This document shows positions 1-11,500 of a stretch of 20,000 nt of DNA, piece by piece. The DNA lies in NCBI GenBank assembly GCA_001275005.1, contig JWZX01003073.1:45593-65592 (forward strand), in the 5' to 3' direction. The notes below the pieces were generated by a model that saw only the letters and a list, made by a program, of their open reading frames with translations, searched no databases and had not been told where the DNA came from. The first letter of the stretch is position 1. Each line of letters opens with the position of its first letter. This DNA is from Chrysochromulina tobinii. Lineage: Eukaryota. The position numbers and the translations under genes were made by a program.

Positions 1-2263
1 ACGAGTGGTCGAGTAGCAGCAGCAGCGCTTCATGCACGCGCACTCGACAGATCGTGTGACGCGCTTCGGGCAGTCGCGACAGGTTGCCGAGCGCGCGTGC
101 GGCCTCCACCTGCCCCTCGGCGTTCGGGAACGTGAGCGCGGGCACCAACGCCATGCAAAGCGTCTCATGGCTTCGCAGCAGCACGGAGCCGTCCACGAGG
201 TAATAGGAGAGGTTGGTCACCGCCGAGACGACATTCAGATGAAGCTCGTCATCACCCGCCATCCGCGTGCCTTGAAGCAGCCGAAGCAGCGCGAGCGACG
301 CGGGCGCGGTGGCGATGCGCTCGCCAATGTGCGGCGAGATCGCGAGGTGCGCGATCAGGCGCACGAGCTTCACGAGCACGTCGAGCAGCTCTGCCGCTTC
401 GCCGCCGCTGCCGCTCCTGCCTGCGTCCCCCCCCTCGCCGCCCTCGCCGCAGTCGCCTTCGCTGCCGACGCCCTCGGTGCCGCCGGCGGGCCTCTCGGCA
501 TGCTTGCCGCCCTCGACATCGCCTCGCCCGCCGCCCGGACCCTCGCGGTTCGTCGCGCCGTCGCGAGCGTCTGCGGCCGCCGGGTCGACCCCTGCGGCAA
601 GCTCCCGCGTGCTCGCGTCGTCCCGAGCACCTCCCGCCGCCGCGTCGTGATGAGCGCTCGCCTGCGCGCCCATGGATCGTTCGTGGACGGAGGCAGCGTG
701 TCCGCGGCTCGTGCGCGCGAGGAGCTCCTCCGCGTGGCTCTCGAGCAGCCCGAGCAGCCGCGGCAGCGCGAGCCTCGCGATGGCCTCGCGGTTGGGCGGG
801 TGCGCTGCCGAGAGGTTGCCCAAGATGAAGCACAGCCGGATCAGCAGCGGCCGGTCCTGCGAGTGCAGCGCGAGCGCCTGCAGCAGCGCGTCCAGGTGCT
901 CCTCGCGCGCGTCCAGCCGCTGCCGTACGTCCTCGTGCAGAGACAACTTCGCTAGCACCCGCGACACGTTGAGACAGAGCTCGGCATGATGCGGTGCCGC
1001 GCGCAGGAGGGCGCAGAGCTCCTCGACGCAGCTCGTCGACACGAATTGCTTGCGGCTGGAGCCCGAGACCGCGACGTTGCGCAGCGTGGCCGTGAGCTGC
1101 ACCAGCAGGTGCGCCGGCCGCACGCTCGCCTCCTTGGCCGCCGCCGCGCTGCCGCCGGGGCGCGGCGTGGGCGGCGCCGCCAGCATCTGATCCGTCTGTT
1201 GCTTGACCGCCTGCGAGAGGATGCCGACGGCATGGAGCTGCACGAGCGCCTTTTGGTTGCTTGCGTCGGCCGAGACGTTCTTGAGCGCGCCCGCCGCGAA
1301 CACCATCGCCTCGCTCCCCTTGGCGTCCCCTTGGCTCAGCACCGCGAGCAGCAGCGGGAGCAACCCCAGCTCTCGAAACCGGCGGTCGTTACTTTCCGAT
1401 TTCGAAAGACGGAAGAGGAGCTTGCATGCGCCGAGCTGGGCGGAGCGGTCGGCGCGCGCCCCCAGGATCAGCCGGCACAGGCGCAGCAGCAGCGGCCCCT
1501 CGCGCCGGTCCATCAGCCCACCCGCCGCCGCGAGGATGCACTTCCGTCGAGCAGCCAGCTCCTCGCCAAACACTGGAGGCACACCGGCTGGGCCCGCGGA
1601 GCTCGCGGGCTCGCGCAGCCGTTCCCAGAGGGCGTCGCAGGAGCGCAGCAGCGGCTCGAGCGCCGCATCCGGCCGCAGCTCCGCCAGTAGCCCCTGCGTC
1701 TCCGCCCACCATGCCTGCTGCTCGACAGGCATGATGTTCTCGTCCGCTCCCGCAGGGCCGATCGCAGGCGGCGGCGGCAGCGCGGCGGCAGGTGCGCCGG
1801 CGGGCGCCCCTGGCACGGGCGGCGGCGGCGGCAACACCGCGGCCGCGGCACCGCTGCTGCTGCTGCCGCCACGGCCGCCGCCGCCGCTGCTGCTGCTGTT
1901 GCTGCTGCCGTAGCTGCTCACCGTGGGCGCTTCCGCTGCCGGATGCGGCAAGGAGGATGGCAGCGACGCATCGAGAGAGAACACCTCGGCACCGCCGTAC
2001 ATGCTCGTCGGCCGTGGAACTGGGGCCATGGATGTACCAAAGAGCTCACGGTTGATGTGGAACGAGGAGGTCGGACGGTTTGCGAGCTCTGCGGCACTCA
2101 CGCCGCCGCCGACGTTGCCGCTGATGGATCCGCTGTTGTGGAAGAGGCTGCGAGATGAGTTGGCCGGCGTGAACGGGCGCGACGGCTCAGCGAGCGATGC
2201 GCGCGCCTCGCGGCGCGCGTTGGCCGCCGACGACCGGGACGCTTCGGCCATGGCACTTCGCAT
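1..2263 (-). CDS. ARMC2: Armadillo repeat-containing protein 2 (ciliary; radial-spoke IFT adaptor, Chlamydomonas PF27 family); 3' end lies beyond the window
   Basis: Manual translation gives an uninterrupted minus-strand frame from ATG 2263 (or 2251) to the window edge, with an in-frame upstream stop at 2330-2332. Motifs match ARMC2 in order: EARASLAEPSRPFTP, NRPTSSF, ACKLLFRLSKSESND, LLVQLTATLRNV, LCLNVSRVLAKLS, LIRLCFILGNLSA, DVLVKLVRLIAHLAISP, NVVSAVTNLSYY, VEAARAFGNLSR, VHEALLLLLDH. The + ORFs 32..955 and 986..1690 are its in-frame antisense shadows. Confidence 0.92.
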   Translation of the reverse strand, partial: MRSAMAEASRSSAANARREARASLAEPSRPFTPANSSRSLFHNSGSISGNVGGGVSAAELANRPTSSFHINRELFGTSMAPVPRPTSMYGGAEVFSLDASLPSSLPHPAAEAPTVSSYGSSNSSSSGGGGRGGSSSSGAAAAVLPPPPPVPGAPAGAPAAALPPPPAIGPAGADENIMPVEQQAWWAETQGLLAELRPDAALEPLLRSCDALWERLREPASSAGPAGVPPVFGEELAARRKCILAAAGGLMDRREGPLLLRLCRLILGARADRSAQLGACKLLFRLSKSESNDRRFRELGLLPLLLAVLSQGDAKGSEAMVFAAGALKNVSADASNQKALVQLHAVGILSQAVKQQTDQMLAAPPTPRPGGSAAAAKEASVRPAHLLVQLTATLRNVAVSGSSRKQFVSTSCVEELCALLRAAPHHAELCLNVSRVLAKLSLHEDVRQRLDAREEHLDALLQALALHSQDRPLLIRLCFILGNLSAAHPPNREAIARLALPRLLGLLESHAEELLARTSRGHAASVHERSMGAQASAHHDAAAGGARDDASTRELAAGVDPAAADARDGATNREGPGGGRGDVEGGKHAERPAGGTEGVGSEGDCGEGGEGGDAGRSGSGGEAAELLDVLVKLVRLIAHLAISPHIGERIATAPASLALLRLLQGTRMAGDDELHLNVVSAVTNLSYYLVDGSVLLRSHETLCMALVPALTFPNAEGQVEAARALGNLSRLPEARHTICRVRVHEALLLLLDHS

Positions 2264-2535
2264 TTCTCTCGACACGGTTGGCGAGTTCCTTTCCACAGGC
2301 CCAACGGCCGAAGGCCCATGTTCATGGAGTCAGAGAATTCCTGGAACTCGCACACATAGGATTCCTTGAGTCAGAACCGGGAGTTTGGAGGTTTTGAGAT
2401 GACAGCGTCCGCAAGTACCGGTAGTCCCGATTGGGAAAGTTCTTGGGACGCTCGGCAAACCTGCACGCGGTCGAAGCGCGCGCTTTCTGTCGCGGTCTTG
2501 TCCGCGATCTTCGGGTCGTGACGATCCAGGAGCGA
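2264..2535. promoter_or_regulatory. Short head-to-head intergenic region, probable bidirectional promoter (ARMC2 / giant gene)
   Basis: About 270 bp between divergent ATGs at 2263 (-) and 2536 (+). No specific promoter motif identified. Confidence 0.45.
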
Positions 2536-5500
2536 ATGTTCACACAGCGCGCTGGAAGCTTTGAACGTGCATCCCGGCGCAAGTCGGAACATGCGGCAGC
2601 CGACAAAATCGCCAAACATATCTGCACTGCGGAAACAAACCACAGGGAGAGATGCGGAGCCGACCTCGAGAAGCGAGATGAGCTCACCCTTATCGTTCAG
2701 CAAGCAACGGGGGATGCGCACGCCGCCATCCTGGCTCCGATCGCCCCGCAGCTCGAAGTGTTAGCGCTCATCGAGGGCCTTCTTGATGACGCCGCGGGGT
2801 CGCGTGTGAGGAACCCCGATTCAGTACTTTGGAATAGCATCGACCAGCGGCTCAGCGTAGCCGGCCTGAAGGCCGGTAGGGCCAGTGCTGGCCGATGCGG
2901 CTCACCCCTTCACGCATTGAGCGCTGCTCTTGGACCCGACGGCGATCTGTCAACTTCTTTCGCGCATCGAGAGCTTGCACGCCGAATCGCCGACAAGCTT
3001 GACTCGGTGGTGCAGGAGGGGCCCCAACGCATAGGAGACGTGAATATTCTCAACCTCGTCACTTGGGGTCGGTTGCCCGACGCCGTCGTTGACGACAGCG
3101 AGATCGAGCCCAAGAAATGGCAGGCGCTCTCCGCATATATCCGCGACGATGAAGACCTTGACCAAGTTGGGGCGGACTGGCTCATCTTGGCGCTCGCATG
3201 CCTCGTGCTCGGCCGCAAAATCCTCGTGTACAGCGATTGTTTCAACGTTGCCGTTCGCTTCACACCCGAAGATACTGATGGGGCTCGCTTTGTGCCCGCC
3301 GCACAGCTTCCACCAAGCTCTCAGTGGATCCGATTGACCATGCTCAACGGCCAGTTCTACACTCCCTTGGAGGCGGTCCCCACTCGCGCTGATGGGCTGC
3401 TGGCTAAGCTTGACGAGATGGCCTCGCTCATGGACGTGCAGCTCAAGAGCCAAGCCGCAGGGCTGCCGGCTGTGATGCTCCTCGGCCTAACTGGTGTTGG
3501 CAAGAGCACGATGATGCACATCCTCTCCGGCAATCAGATGTATGCATGCATCTGCCCCACCAGCGTCTTGCCACTGCGGTTACCATGATGCTGACGCCCG
3601 CAATGCGATGATGCACATGCAGGTATCTGTTTGACAACGGCACCAACAAGTACGTCAGCGTGAAGGACGAGCAGATTCAAGGCTCGAAGATCGGACTCAC
3701 AACCAACTCAGAGACTAAGATGGCGAACGCAATCCGGATCCAGGTACCGTTTTCGGATCCGACGTGGCTCCTTATTGACACGCCAGGCTTTGGAGACACA
3801 GAGGGTCCAATGGACAACATTGTCAGCGCTGTGTCGATAGCCAAGGTGCTGCACGCTCGCCTGAAAACACTGCCAGCCTGTCCAGTCGTTAGTCCAGTCG
3901 CCAACCGCCGGTGTACTCACAGCCGCTTGTCCCTTCGACGCAGGTCACGTGCATGTGCTCCTCCCTTCGAGTCATTATGCTCATCAACCAGAGCGACATT
4001 GTGAACGCGAGGATGACCGCATTTGTCGACCTGGGTAAGACGATCTCGAAATTGTTTTCCGACTTCGAGACAGCGTCTAAATCACTCACGATCTGGGTGC
4101 CCAAGAAGTACACGGATAATGAGGTCGACGAAAAGCGCCTCACGAAAATGCTCGCCAGGGCTCACAAAGACAAGACGAACGAGGAGGCTCAGAGATTGCT
4201 CGGGTTGCTGCTACAGCAGCTCGATGTTGAGCCTCTTCGCGTCGTCAAGTATTCAGAAGAGGGCGGCGGATCGGATGACGACAGCGACTCCGATGCCGAG
4301 ATGGTCGAGAAGCCCAACCCGGGCTCCGCCTCTGACGTCACGAGCCCCGCGAGCGGCGCGTCGCCGCCGCCAAAGCGTGCGCGGACCGACGACGAGGAAG
4401 ATCTGAGTGGCGAAGAGGAGATCACGATGAAGAAGGTCACGTTCGACGTCAGTAAGCTCCTGCGCCAGCTCGACCACATGAAAGCGCTCGATCGGCCTTC
4501 GGAGCAGGTCTTGCTTCCCCTCTCGAGCGAGTCGCAAGAGCATCTGCGAGAGGTGGCACGTGAGGTGCGAGACCGCTGCGAAGCTGCTGTTGAGCTGCCT
4601 GACTTTGAGACGATTGCCAAGGGATTTGAGTTGCTCTCTCGCATCATCGAGCGACTGCGGGAGGCGGAGCCCGGTGCGACCGACCCACGTCGCGCGACAA
4701 TGGTCAGAGACGTCAAGGAGGCGACGAAGATCGTCATCGCGCAATATGTGCTAGCGAAAGACAAAGTCAAGGCGCGCATCGAGGAGCAGTTGAAGCTGCG
4801 CATGGAACGCCTCGGCAATGCACTGAGTGAGACGAACTTGAGCAGCCAACTGGATCAAGAGGCGCTTCACGCCTTTTCGTGGGCTCGCCGCTGCCTCGGA
4901 GCCGCTAAACAGATCGAAACGTACGTCGAGAGCCTTCCAACGGAAGAGTCGCTTCAGTTACGCCTTGAACTTCTGCTCAGTGGGCTATGCGATCAAACGA
5001 TCAAGCTCGAGGTATCGGACCCAGCCTTCAAGGTGACCCTCATTAAGCTTGGTCAAGTGTGCTCGTACTTCCAGACCGATGCGACTGACAGCATCTTTGC
5101 TGCTGTCGGAAAAGAAGCGGGAGAGTGGCGGCTGACTGTGCTCAAGGCTCTCATCGAAAAGATGGCGTCGCTAAAAGAGGATGTGAGCAACATCATTAGC
5201 CTTGGCTACCGGGACGTCGAGGCCGCAATAGCTCGTTCCATCGCGCAGCACGACGACAGTTTCCCGAGGTCTGCGTTCGTCGCCGAGGAGGCGGACAATG
5301 CGGCCGCTTTTCACTTTGATCAGGCGGGAGAAAAGCTTCGAATCATGCGGGAGGCGCAGCAGCGCCTCAGCCCATTGGCGCCGGAGCTCACTGGCGTGCT
5401 CGAGAGCACCTGCGAATGCATTCTTGCACGGCTCGATGCCTACCTTCAATGCGTGATCCAAGCGGCCGCCGGTGCCACCGTACAGCTCTCGACTCCGCAG

Positions 5501-8500
5501 CTCATTGAGCTGACGACTCATCTCGCTGCTCTGAGCAAGGCACGAAGCTCGTTCAAGCTCCGCATTCACTTTGAGCCGTCTGAGACGTCTGCAACTACTG
5601 GTGTCGAGATCATGGACGCTTCGACTCTGGCCGCAGATGACTCGTGGGTCGCTCTGCCTCCGCTTGGCACGAATGCACTGGACATGCGCTACCGGAATGG
5701 TATTGATTGCATCGTCGCGTGGCATGCCCGCGTGTTGGAACCTGTGCTCGAGGATGTTAAGAAGGCGGAAACGTACTCGTCAGACGCTGACTGTGTGAGC
5801 CGAATCTGCGCGCACCGCGCAGCGCTCGAGGTTGCGAAGCATCTCTTCCTCCTCGGGTCCAACTCTCGCACGGGCATCGAGCCCAAGGTGGCAGAGGCCA
5901 TTCAGGGTGCGACCGCGGGCCGGCAGAAGGATCTTGAGCATAAGATTCACGGCGAGCTCGAGCGGTACACGAAGGAGGCGATCAGTGAGGTGCAAGACCT
6001 CGATAACGGCCGATGCTCGTACGCCGACTTCCGTAAGAAGCTGACACTGCTCGAGGCCGCAGCGTGGTGGGATGCTCTTGCGCAAGAAGCCACGATCGGC
6101 AAGGCACTCGATGCCATGTGGCGTGCCTTTCACGACCGGGAGGTTCGCCTCGTGTCAGGGGCCGAGAGCATTGAGAGTCTCCTGCGCAGTGGCCGCCACG
6201 AGGCCGCAGCGGCCAAGTTCCGCAAGCTCAGTGAGATGAGCCCACTGTGGTCGACCGGGGGTGCCGGCACTGAGCCGAATGGCAAGGCGCACGAGGCCAA
6301 GGATCTCTTCGACACGTGCGTAGCTAGCATTCAACAGGTGCTTGCATCGAAGATTCTCGCCGTCCAACAGAACTTGCTTCGCGAAGGCTCCTGGGCCGCA
6401 TCCGATCCACCCCGTGTCGACAAGGCTGTCTTGGACAACCTCAAGCGCGCCGATCAGTTTGTCGATCTAACGACACACATGGAAGCTCTCGGGGACTGTC
6501 TTCAAGTTGGAGAGCTGCTGCATGCAGGCTCTCTGTGCAAGAGCAGGGTCGAGAGCGAGTTCCGCGACATGAAGGCCCGTGTTGAGGAGCTGGCCAATGC
6601 CATAGCCAAGGGGTCGAGGGAGCGCCTCGAGACGGCATGGGCGCGCGCCAAGGACGTGTATGAGGTGCTGCGTGTGCTCTACAGCAAGGCCGCCTATCCC
6701 GCGCTCTTCCAGATGCTCTACGAGCATGTTGAGGGCGACTTTCCGGATTTCGTGCAGATCGAGACTGCCTTCTATCGGAGCCTCAAGATGGCGAGCCAGA
6801 ACTTTCCGAGGCTGAAGCTCACTGACCAGTCAGTGCTTACTCAGACGCTGAAGGAATTTGAGGGCGTGCTGCCCGCGACGGACGTGATGGTAGCAGGGCT
6901 CAAGAAGGACTTCGACACGCGTCACGAGGCGATGGCGGCGCGTCACTCCGATAACATCGACAAGAACAAGACGGACATATGCAACGACTTCCTCAAGCAC
7001 ACGTACACCTCCTCGACGTACCGAAAGATGCAGGATCTCTACCGCGGCCCTGGCGAAGACTCGCACGAGTTCGCCGAGGCGTGCCAAGAGCTTCAGGGCA
7101 GCCTCGAAAGACTTGTGAAGGAGATGAGCACGGGGATTCTCATCTTCAAGCTGACCGCGACGAATCATTCCGAAGCGCTCGGCAGTTTCCCTCTCGTCGA
7201 GCGCATCGTCGCACCGTGGAACTTCTTGCAGGCCGCGCTCATCACCCAGCACAGCACGTTCCTCGAGAGGTTTTATAGCAACATGGTAGAGAAGGAGCCT
7301 GGCACAGTGCCACCGGCACCGTTCGTCCTCAAAGAGTCACTCGAGCAGGTGGTAGCGCTGATGGTTGCCAGCCTCAAAGATTCGCTCGAGCCACTGGTCA
7401 GTCAGTTCTGCCAGAATCATCTCGAGACGGCCGCAGCTGGCATTCAACAGATCGACATGGTGATCGAGCAACTGCGCTCAGCCCCGGAACTGTACGAGAA
7501 TGCTCGTCACTTGATCGATGAGGTGAGAAATCGGCAGAAGGCACACCTGGAGTCCCTCAAGTCAGACAGCTCTACGGCCACAGATGGTAAGAATCTGAAG
7601 GCATGGCTCTCGAACCGAGCGGGCCTCCTGCGGCAGCTTGATGCGCTGCAGCGGAAAGGGAACATGCAAGCCGAGTACGAAGCCACATCAGACGCCGTTA
7701 TCCTACAGATCAGGGGAGACTTCAAGGCGAGGCTTGCGCCTGTGCTCGATGGCCACCTCTGGCGCAACATGAAGAAGGACGAGCTCGAGTCCGCACAGTC
7801 TGCTGTCTCGGCATATCAGCGCATCCTTAGTGATTTGCCGGCAGGCACTCAGGATCTCGCGATCAGCGAGGACGACCTGAAAGAAGTCAATGTGCGGATT
7901 CAGGTGAAGAAGCGCAGCTTCGTCGTGGTCAATTTCGAGTCCAAGGAGCCATCTGAACAGGCAAGCATCATCTCGGACCACCTGGCCATGCCAACCGAGT
8001 ACTCAGACTTCGTCGAAAGATATCGAGCCGGATACAAGAAGGTTAGCGAAGACGCGTATCAGATCATGATGAACAAGCCAGTCACGGCGTGGGCACCTCG
8101 TGAGCTCAGCCGCGTAATGATTCGGATGCGCAGCTACGTACAATATGACACCTTCGACACCGCAGGCCCTGCCGATCTTGAGCCATATCATAAGTGCGAG
8201 AATAAGCTCCTCGAGCTGCATGCTCAAGGATCTGCTTGTCTCACGGCTATGATTCAGGTGCTCTCGGTCCCTGGCGGCGATGCTTCTTCTGAACTTACGG
8301 GCTACCTGAAGGGATATCTGGAGCTCCTCCGTATTGCGGTCAACGCAATCGAGTGTAGCGCATCCAATCGGAGCGACCAGCTGGCCATAAGACAAGTCGA
8401 CGATCACGTGTACTGCCGAGGACACGACCAAGTGATCATTGACTTTGAGACGGCACGGTCACATGCTCACCATGCCATCGTCCAGGCCACTGAGCTTTTC

Positions 8501-11500
8501 GGGCTTCTGCTCAAGGAGTTGCAGACGCTGCAGATGCACTCCATGACGCCAGCTCGATGCCCGGCCGACCTCAATGCAATGGGCACGGCTCTGCGCCGGC
8601 TGCAGCGTTGGGAGGGCAAGCCCGGTGAAGACTCCATGTTCGACCTCATCGTTCAACTTGAGCAACTTCTCCCCAAGAAATCCGTGGCCTCCGCGTCCGC
8701 AGATTCCAGCAGCGTGTCGTCTGAGCAAACGGCGGCTGATGTGATCCGACTACTCGCAACGCACGCCACGCGAGTGCAGAACGCCGGCACCGTGATCTGC
8801 ATTCAACTCGACAAGACAAAGGAGCTGCTTGATGCCCCTCGCGATCCGCAGAATCCCGTGCCTCTGCCCAAGGAGCCGTTCGAGCTCGCTCTGAGCAAGC
8901 AGATGGACGATCTCGTCAACGAGCTCTCGTGGAAGGTAGACGACGTGCGCTCAAAGCGGGCGTGTTTGAAGTCCGGAGTGATCGAGCAAGTGTCGGACTT
9001 CAATGGTGAATTCATCAAGCTGCTGCAGACTCAGAAGTACACGTTAGCAGGCCAAGCCCTCAAGGGACTTAAGCGCTTCGAGTTCCTCATGGAGATGAGC
9101 GAGTTCCGGGAATGCCGTGGACGTGCCGCCGATTACAACGAGGAGATGAAGAACCATGCAAAACGCCTCGAGGACCAAGCAATTGCTGCTCTGCCTTCGG
9201 CACGTGCTCCCGAGGACCTAGCCGAGCATTTGATCCGGCTCAAGAAGCTTGAGGATGGTATTCCATCCTCGACGAGCGTTGCCCGAGAAGCGATCAAGGT
9301 GCTTCTGGTTGCGCTACAAAAGAAGTTCCCGCAGGGCATGGTCATGCTCGGCGCGTGCCTCAAATCAATTGATCCTGTCCTCGGCAATGCGATTGTCAAC
9401 TCCTCGGAGATCTTTGCCGCTCTGCGCGTCACGCTCTTCAATGCGCGCACGCAGCAAGCCTTTGGAGACGTGCTCACGGGCCTCATAGGTGAGCCTGACA
9501 TGGATAAGACGGTGCTCGAACGCCGATACAATGAGTTCAAAGACACGTACGATGGCGACGTGAAGTGGGCGCTCGGTGGGGGCTGCTTTGGCGAAGAGGT
9601 GAATTATTGCGCCTCTAAGGCCAAACAGCGCACAAAGCTGAGTATGACCAAGCAGGCAGGAGCACTTATTGGCTTCACACCAAACGCGCTGGACAGCCTG
9701 CCTAAGGTGCTGGCTGCGATCTGTGCACTCTGGAGCGTGCAGTTTTATCTGAAAACGCGCGATCCGACCTCGAGCTTGGCCGACGCGGCAATCCGCCAGC
9801 CGCACGCCGTGCAGGTGCTGTGCATCTTGCGCCTCCTCGGAGCTGTCGGTAAAGGTGGGGTTCATCTCGAAAACCACCTCGCAGAGGTGCCCACCGGAGA
9901 GGGCAAATCACTCGTTCTCGCCGTGACTGCTGCGACCCTTGCCCTCTACGATTACCACGTCGATTGCGTCTGCTACAGCAACAACCTGTCCAGTCGCGAC
10001 CATGATGCCTTCAAGGACCTGTTTGGCGCACTCGGTCTCTATGATGAGAGCTCACCGCGCATCCGGTATGGCACCTTCGAGCAGCTAAGCGAGCGCCTCA
10101 TGACAGAGAAGCACGGCCTGATTCGCGAGCAGATGCTCGCCTCGCTGCAGGGCAAGAAGCTCGCAGCCGACAAGCTCGCGAAGCCTGCTATTCGTCGCGT
10201 CTTGCTCATCGACGAGGTCGATGTGTTCCTCGACCCAAGTTTCTTCAGCGGCATCTATCGGCCGGGCTTGATGATGCATGACGAGCGCGCGGCGGCTCTA
10301 ATGCGTGCAATTTGGGCGAACCCGTCGCAGAACCCATTAGAGCTGGCTGAGTACAAGGCACTCTTCACGCAGCAAGCCATCGTCGCGAAGGGATACGAGT
10401 GGTTCGTAGAGTCAGCAGCCCGCGAGATGCAGCGCACCGCTGCCGATTTCAAGAAGAAGCCTCAGATTCGCGGCCGCGATTACGAACTCACCAACGGGTG
10501 GGTGTGGTACAAGTCGCAGGACAGCCTGGTGCGCAGCGACCAGCTGAACTACTCGTACATGACGAATTGCGTCTACCTATATGAGCACGAGCGTGGCAGC
10601 GTCGAGGAGGCCCAGCTGCTCGAGCACGGGCTGCCGCTGCATGCCATCTGCGGCGAGTTTTCATATGCTCTGCTGCCGTCCACCAAGCCGTACAGCACCG
10701 CCGTGCCCGCCTTTTACAACTTCATCCTTGGCGTGACTGGCACACTCCGCGAGGGAAGGCTGCCGCCAGAGGCCCGCGACCTGCTGCGCGACCAGATCTT
10801 GATCAAGCACATGACCTACTGCCCATCCATGTACGGGGCGCTGCAGAGGAACTTTGACAGCAAAAGCAAGGACGACGTCCAGGTGGCGTCAAACTCCGGC
10901 GAGCACTTCATTGCGATCAACAACGAGATCGTCAAGCGGCTGAAGCCGACCGACCACAAGTATACGGGCAAGCGTGCCGTGCTCGTCTTTTTCGAGAGCA
11001 TCGAGGAGCTCGATCGCTTCTACAACTCGAGCTACTTCGCACGGCTGAAAGATGGCGCCAATTTACTCACCGAGGTCACGGCGAAGGAGCCGGAGGAGCG
11101 TGACTCGCTCGTCTCGAAGGCCACGCGGCAGGGACAGATCACGCTAGCGACGCGGGTCTTTGGGCGCGGCGTCGATTTCATTGTGGACGACGAGCACATG
11201 GTGACCTGTGGTGGTTTGCACGTGCTGCTCACCTTTTTCCCCCGCGACGTGCAGGAGGAGGTTCAGATCATGGGTCGGAGCGGGCGTCAGGGTGAGAAGG
11301 GCTCGTTCTCGATGGTGATGAACAGCCTTCACCTCCAGGACTTTGGAGGAGACATGGCGCCGGCCGACACGATCAAGACGTGGGTGACAAACGCTGAGCT
11401 GTATCAGGAGATGTCGAAGATTCGGTCGGCCCGCGCAGCGGATGACTTAGCGGAGCGACTTGCTCAGGCTGAATCCGCAAAGGAGAAGCATGATAAAGTC

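Noticed and set aside
32..1690. Long + strand ORFs 32..955 and 986..1690
   Set aside because: In-frame antisense shadows of ARMC2 in GC-rich DNA, with no motifs of their own.
1820..1915. (GGC)n/(CTG)n trinucleotide runs (also (AGC)n near 17391-17418)
   Set aside because: They encode ordinary poly-Pro/Ser/Gly low-complexity linkers within CDSs.
2431..4004. Frameshifted pseudogene, or separate small GTPase genes
   Set aside because: Both frame changes are explained by introns with canonical donor, branch-like and acceptor signals.
9790..11310. Canonical protein translocase secA, or a bacterial origin for the window
   Set aside because: The module is embedded in a 3,200-aa intron-containing gene without SecA wing/scaffold domains, and the neighbours are eukaryotic genes.
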